Assembly: GCA_963799845.1 (NCBI GenBank)
Contig: CAWCYI010000004.1
Span: 1,760,001 to 1,824,000 of the forward strand
Length of the DNA stretch: 64,000 nt
From: an uncultured Nitrososphaerota archaeon
GTDB lineage: Archaea > Thermoproteota > Nitrososphaeria > Nitrososphaerales > CADDZS01
Reading direction: 5' to 3'
Numbering within the stretch: position 1 is the stretch's first letter; each line of letters starts with the position of its first letter. Made by a program: the position numbers and the translations under genes. The notes under the pieces were generated by a model that was not told the DNA's origin, searched no databases, and saw only the letters and a program-made list of their open reading frames with translations. Of the stretch, positions 39,540-51,023 are shown one piece after another.

Positions 39540-39730
39540 TCGAATGATCTCTACTGAGATTTCAGGCTGAAGAGGCCAGCGTTAATTAAGTTTCGTAGTA
39601 GGCTGAGAAAGAAGGAGAAGTTTTGCTTCCTTGATTTTTAGAGCACCGACACACAGGCATCCTCAGTTAACCTCACTGGGCCATTTTTAATCCTTAAGTG
39701 CTTGAGTACCGCAGTACTCTTAGAAAATAA

Positions 39731-39977
39731 ATGGCTCAGTTAAAGTTCATCGTTAGCGATGATCTCGCGAAGAAGTTTAGGCATACTGTGTTGGCCAAGC
39801 GAAGGAAAATTAGAAGTTTCACATGAGGGCGAAGAAGCTTTGAAACTCTATCTGAAAAAAAACAAGAAGAAAATTATCGATTCCTCAGAGGATTCCTCCC
39901 GAGTTGACACAATCTTACGTGTAATAGGCGCGATCAAGTCCAGTAAAAGGCAAAACGCCCTTGACGACTTAATTTGA
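39731..39977 (+). CDS. RHH-type antitoxin (frameshift near 39802)
   Basis: MAQLKFIVSDDLAKKFR then GEEALKLYL; overlaps start of the PIN gene. Confidence 0.6.
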
Positions 39978-40413
39978 ATCGATTGGTTCTTGATATTCAT
40001 AGCTCAACGATATTAGTATCCGCGGCTGATGAATCCGATGCGTTGCATGATGACGGCGCTGCTGTGTTGAAGGCTCTCTATGATAGAACTCTGCCGACAG
40101 CTATGACGACTGATTATGTTATTGATGAGACCCTTCTCTTCTTCGGAAGAGGCATGTGAAGTCGGGCTCGTATCCGAGATTGCAGACAACATATTATCTT
40201 CGACATTAATCCGGAGAGCCTAATGTCGACGAGATCCTTTTCAAAGAATCTCTCCCGAATTTTCGAAAATACTCGGAGTTGAGTTTCACTGATGCGGGCA
40301 GTCTGACGCTCATGAGGAAGCAAAGAATACGAGAAATATATTCCCATGACACGGATTATGACATAAAGGGCACCGTCCAAAAGGAAAGGCCCTGTACCGT
40401 GATTTCATGCTAA
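39974..40413 (+). pseudogene. VapC PIN toxin, disrupted
   Basis: N-terminal part TTDYVIDET stops at 40159; C-terminal part LSFTDA...IYSHDTDYD lies further downstream; conserved first-Asp region also distorted. Confidence 0.7.
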
Positions 40414-40467
40414 TCTGGAGACTCGTGGAGGATGTCGTAATGAATCGAAATTCGTTGGGAATTCCCC

Positions 40468-41563
40468 TCACTCCAGGGTCCTTGGAAATGTGCTAAGCTG
40501 CAAAGCTCCCTCTTCAGTAATCAAAACGTCTTCTTCGATCCTGATTCCTCCATAACCTGGAATATATATCCCCGGCTCGATAGTAACGGTCTGATCTTTT
40601 TCAAGTAGATGATCACTCGAGGGATCAAGCATTGGATATCCAGAGTTGATTCCGATTCCGTGTCCCACACCATGGGTGAAATACTGTGAATATCCCCGTT
40701 GCTTCATTACTCGCCTCGCGGCTGCATCGACTTGTCTAGCTTTTACGCTGGGTTTGATTATGTTCATTGCTGCTTCTGTCGCTTCGTTTATCACATTGTA
40801 GAGCTCGAGTTCTTTTTTGCCCGTTCGCTCTACGGTATGGGTTCTTGTGATATCTGACCAGTAACCGTTCACGCGGGCCCCCAGATCTACGAAGATAAGC
40901 TCACCGTTTCGGAGGCGTTTTTGTGTCGGGCTACCGTGAGGGTACGCGGATCTCTTGCCGGAGGCAACGAGAGGCGAGAAGGCAAACCAGTCAGCACCGT
41001 TTTTGAGCATCTCGGCGACAGCGCAGGTCGAGATTTCACTTTCTGTAACTCCTTCAGATATCATCTCTTTTGCGCGGGCGTGCGCCGTTTCCGTGATCCC
41101 GATTGCCTTTGTGATATTCCGGAGTCTCCATGGCGTCCTTCCTCGCCCTGAGTCTATCCAGATCACCGCTTATGTCCCTGAGCGGACCAGCGCTATCAGC
41201 CAACTTTTTAGCTAGCGCATACGACATCTTGCCGTAGTCGACGCCCAATTTTTTTACTCCGAGCAATGCCATATTTTCCATTATGAAGGTCTCGAGCCCT
41301 GAGGGATCCGCGGGACCTTCGACGACCTCGCCGAACAGGATCTCATCCTTTGCTTCTTCGGCACCCAGTTTTAGACTGAACACGAGAACCTTTCCCTGCT
41401 GAGTTACAAGTGTGGGCACCGATACGCCTAAGTAAGTTAAGGGCAAGCCCGTGAAATATTGGACGGCACCCGGCTCGGAAATAAGTGCGGATTCTATCGA
41501 GAGTTCGGACATCATCTTCAGAATTTTTTCCATGCGCTTTTTGTAGTAGATCTTGCCAACCAT
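40468..41563 (-). CDS. M24 Xaa-Pro (di)peptidase (frameshift near 41126)
   Basis: creatinase_N-like domain plus PHG, DLG..YWSDITRT, HGVGHGIG, TIEPGIY, IRIEED. Confidence 0.88.
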
Positions 41564-41619
41564 GATGTTGCCGGGTTTTAGAGAGCAGCATTTAGAATTA
41601 CCGAAGGGTGCTTGGCCGA

Positions 41620-42396
41620 ATGTCCACTAGAACGAAGAGACACAACCTTCCAAGAGAAGTTCCAGTCAGGTTTCGCAGCAAGGGGAAAACTGTCTTTGGA
41701 GTACTCCATCTCCCTCCAAAGAAAACCGAGTCCGTCTTGATTTTCGCGAACGGTTTCCCCGACAACATGCTAGAGATTCACATAATCATCGCAAGCGCCC
41801 GATATTTTTCCGAAAGAGGGTTTGCGTTTTTGAGATTCAATCCGAGAGGCCGGTGGCCGAGCAAAGGAACCTTCACGAAGATGGACGTGAGCGATACGGT
41901 CGAAGATCTGCGTAATGCCATCTTGTTCGCGAGACGGAAGGGATTCGAAAAGATAGGACTGATCGGACACAGCCTCGGCGGTGTAGCGTCGATACTGGTA
42001 CCCAAGAATTATGTTAGGGCGGTGGCGCTGTGGGAGGCGTCTTCCCCCAAATACGTACACAAGAGGTGGACTACAAGGAAGATGAAAAAGCAGATGGAAG
42101 AGCTCGGATATGCGGTTCATGCCGATTATGGAATTGTTGTGGGCAGTCGCATGTATGGTGAGTTTGGGAGGTTGGGCGATATCTCAGAATCTGTTCGCAA
42201 AATTGGGGTGCCGGTACTCATCGTCGCAGGAACCCGAGCAAAATTCATGACAAACCTATCAAAAACATACTTCAAAGTGGCCCCTGAACCGAAGGAACTC
42301 AGGATTATTCTAGGGGCGAGTCACACATTCGATAATTTGAAGCATGAACAGAAGCTCTTTGGTTACACATTCGACTGGTTTAACAAGTGGTTATAG
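41620..42396 (+). CDS. alpha/beta hydrolase
   Basis: GHSLGG nucleophile elbow, GASHTF. Confidence 0.85.
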   Translation: MSTRTKRHNLPREVPVRFRSKGKTVFGVLHLPPKKTESVLIFANGFPDNMLEIHIIIASARYFSERGFAFLRFNPRGRWPSKGTFTKMDVSDTVEDLRNAILFARRKGFEKIGLIGHSLGGVASILVPKNYVRAVALWEASSPKYVHKRWTTRKMKKQMEELGYAVHADYGIVVGSRMYGEFGRLGDISESVRKIGVPVLIVAGTRAKFMTNLSKTYFKVAPEPKELRIILGASHTFDNLKHEQKLFGYTFDWFNKWL

Positions 42397-42526
42397 AAGT
42401 CCAATTGGACGCCCTAAAGAATCTTGATTGAAATCTGAAAGGACAATCGAGAACAGATCGGGTCTTTTATTCTACTCTTAGTATTTTTTGAATCCTTAAA
42501 TAAGAAAATTAGTAGGCTTTTCGCTA

Positions 42527-44786
42527 ATGTTTAGATTTTTGGCGCGAACTGAAAGAGCGATTAGCACTGCCGCAGTCATAGTAATTATCGTCATCCTGGT
42601 CATCGCCGCCATAGGGTGGAATTTACTATTTCAGCTCTACTCGAACATCTTCGAGCACATCTACCTCTACTCAAAGCACGACGCAATCGACCAGCTCGTC
42701 TTCTTCGAGTAGTTCTTCAACTCAGGCAACTTCATCTCAGACCTCTTCATCTTCGTCGAGTTCGACAACTGCGATTTCTTCATCTTCAAGTTCGAGCTCC
42801 AGCAGTACGTCGAGCAGTACGTCCACCGTACCATCATCATTTACCTATGAGACTTCTCTGACTTATCAGTACCTCGATCCTGCGATAAGCTACGGGGGAC
42901 TTGACTGGTCTACCGATCCGAATGTCTATGAATCTCTACTGGGCTACAACGGCTCCTGTGGCAGTTGTGTGATACCTCTTCTCGCGCAGAGCTATACCGC
43001 GTCTCCCAACCTTATGACTTACAACTTTACTCTCAGATCAGGAATCACTTTTGCCGACGGAGAGTCGCTGAACTCTACTGATGTCTATTTCTCGCTTGAC
43101 CGATTGCTGATAATGGACGGAAGCACCTCGATAACTCACGGATCGCAGGCAGCTTGGCTCATTCAACAGATGCTGAATACAAGCTTGAGCTCCAACTTGT
43201 GCTGCTCGCAGACTTACAATTCCACTTATGTCTCCGATGTTCTGGCCGAAAATTTTGTTCAGGTGACCGGAGGATTAACATTCCAGATTCACGTGATGAC
43301 TCCGACTGCCGCGTTTCCATACCTGCTCTCGATCGTGAATGTCGAAATACTCGCGCCGAGTTATGTAATGCAGCACGATCTCGCACTCTGGAACCAGTCC
43401 AGCCTTGGGTACACGCTGCCCTATCCAACTCTCACCGGCAACCTTAGCTCTCAGATCCAGCAATACTTCCTTGATGAAGTGGCGACGTGCAACTCTGGCG
43501 CGACGCCGAAGGGTTGTGCGACTACCTACCTAGACAATTCTCAAGACGGCTCGCTCGCGGGCACCGGTCCCTACACTATCAAGAGCGTTAGTCCGACGAC
43601 CGATGATATTGTTCTTCAGGCGAATTCCGGGTACTGGGGCGGTCCTTCGGGAAGTACTCACGCGCAGATAAAAACTATCAACGTCAACTACGTGCCGCAG
43701 GTCACGACAAGGGAACTCGACCTCCGCTCTCTGGCAACCTCAGGACAGGCGATCTCGATCGATCTACCAAACACTAACTTTTACGACGTTGTGAATAGGA
43801 GCCAGTGGTTGAATAATGGCACGCTTTCGTCGGTAATACCCGGGGTCACAATCTACGGACCCTCCTTCCAATATGGGACGGGGTTTGATGCATTTGGAAC
43901 TAACGTGACGAATTCCATTACGGGACAGTATCTCAGCTTCCAACCGTTCGCGGATCGAAGAATCCGCCTTGCCTTCGCAGACTCGATCAACGTCAGCCAG
44001 ATAGTTGATCAGGTAGGCAACGGGTTGTGGAAGACTGGATTCAATGTCGTTCCTCCTGATTTACCACCGATTGGTTCTTACAATACGTCGATCGCACCCG
44101 TCTATACGTTCAATCCCGATCAATCTGCCCAGCTCCTGCTGCAGGCTATGCAGAGTCCGCTTACCTCTTTCAACTTCGTGAATGGGACTGTAGCGCCGCC
44201 CGGCGTCTTCAACGACACGTTCGGGTGCCCGTCTCTTGATTCATCCGGAGTATGTGCTCATCCCGTACCGCAATCGATCACCCTTACATACGACCAAGGC
44301 TTCCAAGAAGCTGACGCTACGATAATGGAGGAGATAGCCTCGGCGATCAACAACATTAGCTCGACTTACAACATGGGGCTGACTGTCTCGGTTGCACCTG
44401 CGGCGCTCGGATTTTTCTACACTCAACTTGCGGAGGGTCATCTCTACATGTTCAATGATGCCTGGGGAGCGGACTATCCGTGGGTGACGGACTTTCTCAA
44501 TCCGTTCTTCACGCCCAGCGGATTCTATGCTTCGGGGGCTGGTTGGAACATTCCATACCTCACAGGGCTTTACAAGCAGGCAGTGGCGGCCACTGCGGAT
44601 GGGAACCTCAGCGGTGTGATCAAGGCAAGCAACTTGATGAACATCTATGCAAACCAAAACGTCATGTACATCTGGTCGGAGAATTCGGCGGACTATTACG
44701 TGATGACCTCGAACGTCCACGGATACTTCTTCAATCCATCCAATTACTTCGGGCTGTACGAGCCGTACTGGGCAGATCTGTACTAG
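42527..44786 (+). CDS. family 5 ABC substrate-binding protein, orphan (frameshift near 42615)
   Basis: RA|ISTAAVIVII class III signal, long Ser/Thr linker, LDPA, FADGESLNSTDVYFS, GTGPY. Confidence 0.85.
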
Positions 44787-45042
44787 AACGGAATTACTCG
44801 AACGAGGGCTGGAAGTCTAAAGACCTCCGCAAGCATCATCTCGATCCTGTCTGGATCATACGTTTCTGACGCTTGGAAAGATTACGAGTGAGTTTTCGCG
44901 CGTCTGCCTTTGATTTTTTGCTCAGTTCTCTGAATCGAGGCGATGCACTTCTGTTCATCTTCCTCCAGTGTATAGAAGAAATCTGAACGTTTGTTGGTTA
45001 TCAGATGCCATACTTCCCTGCAGGGTTATCCAAATATATTTT

Positions 45043-45083
45043 AAAAAAAAGACGGGCGGGCTGAAATTAGATCAGCCCTCGTT
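45043..45083 (-). terminator. hairpin + T8 terminator downstream of 45088-45510
   Basis: minus strand GGGCTGA-TCTAATT-TCAGCCC followed by GCCCGTC and TTTTTTTT. Confidence 0.55.
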
Positions 45084-45087
45084 GTAT

Positions 45088-45510
45088 TTAGCGCGTGTAG
45101 AGTTTGTACGAGAATTCGCCAGTTGCGTTGTTGGCCGTGACTTCTACTCGGCCCTTGGTCTTGTTCAACCAGTCGAGTTTCGGCGATCGCGTCATGAATT
45201 CGATTTCACCCTCAGCCCAAACGGTTGTTGGACCGGTAGCTTTCCCATTTCCTCTACCATGAATTGCGACGACGTCTCTCTCTGGAGTAGTCTGCAATGA
45301 TTTCGACTCCCAATCAGCCGTGCCGTCGTTCTTTTGGAAAACATTCACAGTTTCAATGTGAGAAGCGGTGTATTTGCCCCCCGCAAACTGTCCTTGGTTG
45401 TTCAGTTCCAGCGCTGCGCCCCATGGTGACAAGTGCTTAATCGTCGTCGAAACTGTCTTACCACGTATTTCTCCTAAAAGTTCGCCTGTTTTTTGTGTTT
45501 GTGTTTGCAT
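45088..45510 (-). CDS. hypothetical beta-rich protein
   Basis: clean ORF with its own terminator; alternating beta-strand pattern, KLDWLN motif. Confidence 0.7.
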   Translation of the reverse strand: MQTQTQKTGELLGEIRGKTVSTTIKHLSPWGAALELNNQGQFAGGKYTASHIETVNVFQKNDGTADWESKSLQTTPERDVVAIHGRGNGKATGPTTVWAEGEIEFMTRSPKLDWLNKTKGRVEVTANNATGEFSYKLYTR

Positions 45511-45707
45511 TTTTTCTCAGCTGCTACAGTGGTCAAGTTGCTTATACGCCTATGTCGAGACGGCACCAAGTCTCCGTCGGATGTGGATTCACTTCTCAGC
45601 TGTCCGCAGAGCTGGTTTGGCAGTTCAAGGAGACTTTTCTAAGCATTATTTACTGAAATCTCGCGAGTATTGAAGGTTCTGGGTATTCGTGCTCGAAGTT
45701 TCATGCA

Positions 45708-46037
45708 TTAAGAAAGCAATGATCCAGCAGTGAAAACTTTCGCTTTCGTAGCAATCTCGGTCAGGTCAGATCCGAGTGGAGCAGCCAAAACTAATGCGCC
45801 CTTGCCGGGATGAAGCGGCAACACCATTACCGTAAGCTCTTCATAAAATCCTATGAGATTCTTGGTCGCCTCACCCAGTACCGAGCCCGCGGAGTCCAAA
45901 TAACTTGAATAGAGTATTTTTGAATCCAGAGTTAGAAGCTTTTCACATATCCATTGAGGGTCGAATTCCCTCACGATTTGCAACGCGGCTCTTCGATGCG
46001 AGCTACGTCCTGCCATACATCCACTTTGGAATTTCAC
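45708..46037 (-). CDS. hypothetical protein, weakly DUF6659/roadblock-like
   Basis: ICEKLLTLDSKILYSSYLDSAG resembles thaumarchaeal DUF6659 N-termini from memory; start uncertain. Confidence 0.35.
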   Translation of the reverse strand: MKFQSGCMAGRSSHRRAALQIVREFDPQWICEKLLTLDSKILYSSYLDSAGSVLGEATKNLIGFYEELTVMVLPLHPGKGALVLAAPLGSDLTEIATKAKVFTAGSLLS

Positions 46038-46279
46038 TTTGCTCTTGCTCCTATTATTTGGATTGTCAAAGGTCTTCGTGTTTAGTCGTGAACGATATTT
46101 AAGACTGGGAGACGATCATCAAAATTGATAATACCCTATCTCATGAAAACAGGTCTACATTCGTCCTATAAACAAGAGAAACTAAATTTCGAAAATGCTC
46201 AAGCAGTTGTTTTCAGTGACTTCGGAAAATCGATGAGAGTGATTCTTGCGGCCGATGAAAAAAGATCGGGATTTCGCGA

Positions 46280-48532
46280 TCACGTATGGAGTGACGCGAA
46301 ATAGAATGTGAGCGTTGAAGGGTTGTAGAAGAAGCCCTTGACATTTGAAGTGAATATGTTCAACGATTCTGGGTAGAACGTCCACAAGTAAAGTACGTCA
46401 TAGTTTGCGATCGTATTCATCACGTTGCTTACTTGGATTACGCCCGTAATGTTCCCCACAGAGGTCGCGGTTATAGCTTGATTGTAAAGCGAGGCAAGTA
46501 TTGTCAGATTCAATCCCACTGCGGTGTCAATCAGGGCTGAGGAATACAAGATGGCGAGAAAGTCGTTCACCCAAGGATAATCGGCGGTTGTCTGCAGCGC
46601 GAACATGAACAAGTTATCAGACAGGGCGAGGGTGATCATCTGGCCGATTGGTACAGGAACTACACTCACGGTCAATCCCATGTTGTATGTGGAACTCACA
46701 TTGTTTACCGCTGTCGCGATCTGGATCAATACTGCTTGGTCGACTGTGTCCCCAGTATAGTAGGTCAGTTGGATATTCTGAGAAACCGGACTGCTACATT
46801 GGCCAGCCTTATTCAGAGTGGAGCAGCCGAAAGTATTGTTGAAGTAACCTTGTGGCGCAGCCGTCCCGTTAAAGAAATTGAAGTTAGTTAATGGATGCTC
46901 CATCGCAGCCAAGAGAAGATCCTGAACGGCTGTCAAGTTGAAGCTGTACCTCGGTGTGATCGATGAATTATGAGCGTCGATAGGTGGAAGTCCAGGGGGA
47001 ATTCCGTTGATAGCTACCGCCCCCAAGTTGTTGTTTTCGTTGATGTTGATATTGGAGATGTTTACTGCATCTGAAAATGCGAGTCTCAATCTAACGTCGG
47101 AAAATGGTTGGAACTTGTAATATGAACCAGTATTCGGATTTGTAACATTCTGGGAGAACAGCACCCAATTTGTTGTGTAACTCGTGTAGGGGCCGTATAG
47201 CGAAACGCCGGGGACTACCGAAGAGAGAGTGCCCTGATTCAGCCAAGATGTCCGATTGGCGAAATCGTAGAGATTGGAATTGGGGAGATCTATTGTAAAT
47301 GCCTGTCCGGATCTTGCCGCATTCTCCAGGTCCACTTCCCTTGTTACCAAGCTGGGGACGTAATTGATATTGACAGTCGTAAACTGGGGCTGTATTTTTT
47401 GAGAATAGGGTCCTCCCCAGTAGTTCGCATTTGATTTCAAAACAAAGTCGTTTGTACTGGAGGAGAAGTTTGCAATAGTATATGGACCGGTGGATGCAAG
47501 TGAGCCGTGAGCGTCTGAATCGATGTAGGTCGCGCCGCATCCTTTCGGCGTCGCACCCGAGTTGCACGTCGCTACTTCATCCATAAAGTACTCGTTAATC
47601 GCCTGAGTCGCGTTACCACTAGGGGCGGCGAACGGGAGTGAATAACCATTGGACGACGCGCTCCACAACGAAAGATCAGTTTGCATAACATAATCTGGCG
47701 CCACAATGTTCGCCCACGTCCCTGCCAACAAGAAGGGAAGAGCAGTGTTGGGGTGGAGCATATGGAGCGTGAAAGTCAGAGGCCCCGTTATCTGGACAAA
47801 ATCCTGATCGAGAACTTGATTTGCCCAGGCAGAAGTGTAATTCTGGGCAGTACTCAGCGAAGAGCTGAGACTGGTATTCAGTAACTGCTGCATAATGAAC
47901 GCGCCCTGAGTACCGTGAGTTGTCGGTGTGCTGCCATCTATGATGAGCAATCTATTCAGCGAGAAGTAGACTGCGGTGGAATTCAGCTGTTCACCATCTG
48001 CAAATTTGATCCCACTCCTCAGAGTGAAATTGGCAGTAGTGCCGTCCGCTGAGACTGTGTAGTTTGAGGCAAGCCACGGGACTACATAGGTAGAGTTAGC
48101 ACCAGGATATTGCAAGAGTGGTTCGTAGATGTTTTCAATCAGGAATTGATCGTACGTGAAATAGGAAACATCCGGATCCAAATTCTCTGGAGTGTTCAAA
48201 GTTTCATAAGTGAAAGTCGTAGGTCCTGAGGTAGATGATGAAGACACCGAGGTGGAAGACGACGTTGTCAGAGAAACAGAGCTCGAACTCGAAGTTGAAC
48301 TTGACGACGTAGTTCCCGTGGTTGAACTTGTAGAACTGGTCGGAGTTGAAGAACTGGAACTCGAAGAAGTACTAGAAGACGTTTGAGTGGTACTGGTCGT
48401 GGTAGTTTGACTCGTCTTGACGCTTAGAGCTGCGTAAGCACCGACCAGTAAAATGACTATCACGACTACAACTATAACGATTGTAGATGTTCTAGAAAGA
48501 GCTCCGTAATTTTTGTTGAAATTGTTACGCAT
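46280..48532 (-). CDS. family 5 ABC substrate-binding protein, orphan, paralogue of 42527-44786
   Basis: signal peptide, Ser/Thr linker, KFADGEQLNSTAVYFS, DEVATCNSGATPKGC shared with paralogue. Confidence 0.88.
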   Translation of the reverse strand: MRNNFNKNYGALSRTSTIVIVVVVIVILLVGAYAALSVKTSQTTTTSTTQTSSSTSSSSSSSTPTSSTSSTTGTTSSSSTSSSSSVSLTTSSSTSVSSSSTSGPTTFTYETLNTPENLDPDVSYFTYDQFLIENIYEPLLQYPGANSTYVVPWLASNYTVSADGTTANFTLRSGIKFADGEQLNSTAVYFSLNRLLIIDGSTPTTHGTQGAFIMQQLLNTSLSSSLSTAQNYTSAWANQVLDQDFVQITGPLTFTLHMLHPNTALPFLLAGTWANIVAPDYVMQTDLSLWSASSNGYSLPFAAPSGNATQAINEYFMDEVATCNSGATPKGCGATYIDSDAHGSLASTGPYTIANFSSSTNDFVLKSNANYWGGPYSQKIQPQFTTVNINYVPSLVTREVDLENAARSGQAFTIDLPNSNLYDFANRTSWLNQGTLSSVVPGVSLYGPYTSYTTNWVLFSQNVTNPNTGSYYKFQPFSDVRLRLAFSDAVNISNININENNNLGAVAINGIPPGLPPIDAHNSSITPRYSFNLTAVQDLLLAAMEHPLTNFNFFNGTAAPQGYFNNTFGCSTLNKAGQCSSPVSQNIQLTYYTGDTVDQAVLIQIATAVNNVSSTYNMGLTVSVVPVPIGQMITLALSDNLFMFALQTTADYPWVNDFLAILYSSALIDTAVGLNLTILASLYNQAITATSVGNITGVIQVSNVMNTIANYDVLYLWTFYPESLNIFTSNVKGFFYNPSTLTFYFASLHT

Positions 48533-48629
48533 TATTTTGTTGTAACTTCGAGTGAACTATTTATCAGTTCTTACCATGAATTGCATGTACCTTGATCTGA
48601 CTTGAAAAAAGCTGAAAACCATCGTCTAG

Positions 48630-49935
48630 TTATTCAGATGAAGCACGGATTTGATTATTGACTGGAAGATCTAATTTTGTTTTATCGATAATCTCTCCAT
48701 TCTTCACAACAGTCGACACGCTCTTGATATTTCTGACATCCCTCGTCGGATCTTCATCAAGCAGAACCATATCAGCTCAGCTTTCCCCGTGCTATCGATC
48801 CCATTTCACTTTCTTTGGACAGGAATAGAGCTCCGTTGTAAGTCGCAGCCACGATGACATCAAACGGGGATATTCCCGATTCCTGCAATAACTCCAGTTC
48901 GCGCTGATAATCGGGCCCCGAAGTGAGGTCAGTTCCCGTGGAAATAATTCCTCCTTCTGCTTGCAAGCGCTTCAGATTTTCTTGAGCGACCGGTGTCATC
49001 ACTTTCATCCACATTGCCCACCGGTTTTTCTTCTGTTTCTCGCTCTCTTCGTTCTTCAGATAGACGAGCTCGGGTTCTGAAAAGCAATCGCGATACGATT
49101 TTTCGTCGAGGTGCTCGGGATGATCTGCGATCCGAGAATATCGATCTCCAATTGTAAGCGTACTGACTACTGGAATTCTCTTGTGAGATAGTAGCCAGAG
49201 GAATTCGTCGGTTACCGGAGATTGGATGACCGGGTGCGCAAGAGAGTCGATGCCGCAAGCGATGGCTTCGCGACTCCTGAGCTCATTTGAAGTGTGAATC
49301 GTCACTAGGAATTTTTTCGAGTGGCAATAATCTACGATCTTTCTCAGTGTATCGATTTGCAGAATGGGAATTAGCGGCCTCGTGCCCCAGTTGTGTTCGT
49401 CGAATGTCACTTTGACGACGTCAGGACCTTTTGACAGATTATCCTGAATTTTCTGTTCGTCTTCCGGCAGTGAGGAGATGTAAGTCGTGTGTGAAAAACC
49501 GTTGTGACCACCTCTGCAGGTAATCAAGCTTCCAGTACAATAAATTCGAGGGCTGGTAATTTTTCCATCCCTTTCCAACTTTCTGAGGGGGAAGATGATA
49601 TCCGGATCATTACCTGCATCATAGACCGAAGTAACGCCGCAGTACAAATAACTGTGGAGCCTCGAAATTAGTTTAGACCTTACGTCCTCTTTGGAATCTT
49701 CCGAAGTTCTTTCGGGATCGGATGGATGGAAATAGTCAAGATGTATGTGCGAATCTACCATGCCTGGAATTAGGAATCTATTTTCACAATCGATAACTTC
49801 TGATCGTGAATCTGCCGCAAGTGTAGAATCAGAGATCCGTTCTATTTTGTTATCTCGTACGAATACCGTCGTCTTTTCTCTTAATTTCTTCGAGACAACA
49901 TCGACAAGCGTCACATTCTTGAAAACAACGGCCAT
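48630..49935 (-). CDS. amidohydrolase family protein (frameshift near 48777)
   Basis: PGMVDSHIH, GVTSVYDAG, TGTD; C-terminal GKL-ADMVLLDEDP...VVKNG in shifted frame. Confidence 0.87.
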
Positions 49936-50036
49936 GTGGTATGCCTTCAAACCGTATTGTTATGACTAAAAAAGAAAGTCCCCAGTAGCCAACAAGTTAC
50001 ATAATGCTTAACTTTTCTTTGATATTTGTATGAAGC

Positions 50037-51023
50037 ATGTCAGAATCGGCCGTCGGCGTTGCGGTCGCGTGCATGCCGATAACATACAACAAGCAGCAGA
50101 ATCTTAGTGCGATAATGAGCATCGTTGAAGAATCTGGTTCGAAAAATGTGGATCTTCTGATTCTGCCCGAAACTTGCCTTCAAGGGTATTGTTGGGATGC
50201 TGAATCATTCTATGATTTTGAACAGCGCAAGTACTACCTTGAAACAGCTGAATCGATATCAGGTCCGTCTACAGAAATCATTGCGAACCACGCGAAAAAG
50301 AATAACATGTATGTCCAGATGGGCATGGCGGAAAGAGCCCCCGTCGGCGGTGGAGTTGTTATTTACAATTCAGTAGTGTTGATAGGACCGAAAGGAGTTG
50401 TCGGGGTCTCCAGAAAAATTCACAACAAATCTGAGAACGCCATTTTCAACGATGGAAATGAAATTGTGGTTTGGGACACGCCCTTTGCAAAGCTGGGCCC
50501 TGTCATCTGTTATGACCTGTGTTTTCCGGAAGTGACCAGGGTACAGGCTTTGAAGGGTGCTGACATGATCACAATGTCCAGGGCATGGGCGAAGGGCGGA
50601 AACGATCATGATCCGGAGTTTGGTAGCAGGTCATACAATGCGATTTCGAAGTCGGTTGCGATCACGAACCAGGTCTGGCTTGCGCAGTCAAATGCAGTGG
50701 GCATTCCGGAAGGCGGAAAATCAAGGACAGACTATTTTGGCCACAGCAGAATCCTGTCCCCACTCGGGGAAGTCGTCGCAGAATCCAAGGGAGAAGGACT
50801 CGCGTTCGCGAAGCTGAAGCTGAAGGAAGGGATTCTGGACGCTAGGACAAAGGACATGTTTGGGATGAATATGATCAAAGACAGAAAACCCGTTCTATAC
50901 GGTGCGCTGAGTGATTTATCACTCTATGAAAAATCACTGTTCATCTGGATGCACAAGATAAATACAATTTTTCAGTGTCTATTTACGAAGTCAAGAACAA
51001 ATTTGTTGAAGATTTCCGCTTGA
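50037..51023 (+). CDS. carbon-nitrogen hydrolase (nitrilase superfamily)
   Basis: catalytic triad LPE, RKIH, ICYD; C-terminus may be extended by an indel. Confidence 0.88.
   Translation: MSESAVGVAVACMPITYNKQQNLSAIMSIVEESGSKNVDLLILPETCLQGYCWDAESFYDFEQRKYYLETAESISGPSTEIIANHAKKNNMYVQMGMAERAPVGGGVVIYNSVVLIGPKGVVGVSRKIHNKSENAIFNDGNEIVVWDTPFAKLGPVICYDLCFPEVTRVQALKGADMITMSRAWAKGGNDHDPEFGSRSYNAISKSVAITNQVWLAQSNAVGIPEGGKSRTDYFGHSRILSPLGEVVAESKGEGLAFAKLKLKEGILDARTKDMFGMNMIKDRKPVLYGALSDLSLYEKSLFIWMHKINTIFQCLFTKSRTNLLKISA

Noticed and set aside
42640-42830. Low-complexity TCN/ACN-rich stretch (also near 25000-25090 and 48230-48420)
   Set aside because: Encodes Ser/Thr linkers of binding proteins, not a DNA repeat element
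44804-45083. 11-bp inverted match AACGAGGGCTG
   Set aside because: Too short; one copy is explained by the terminator stem
45520-45620. GCTGAGA motifs and hairpins upstream of 45510, suggesting a TPP riboswitch
   Set aside because: The conserved ACCUGAU...GCG half is missing
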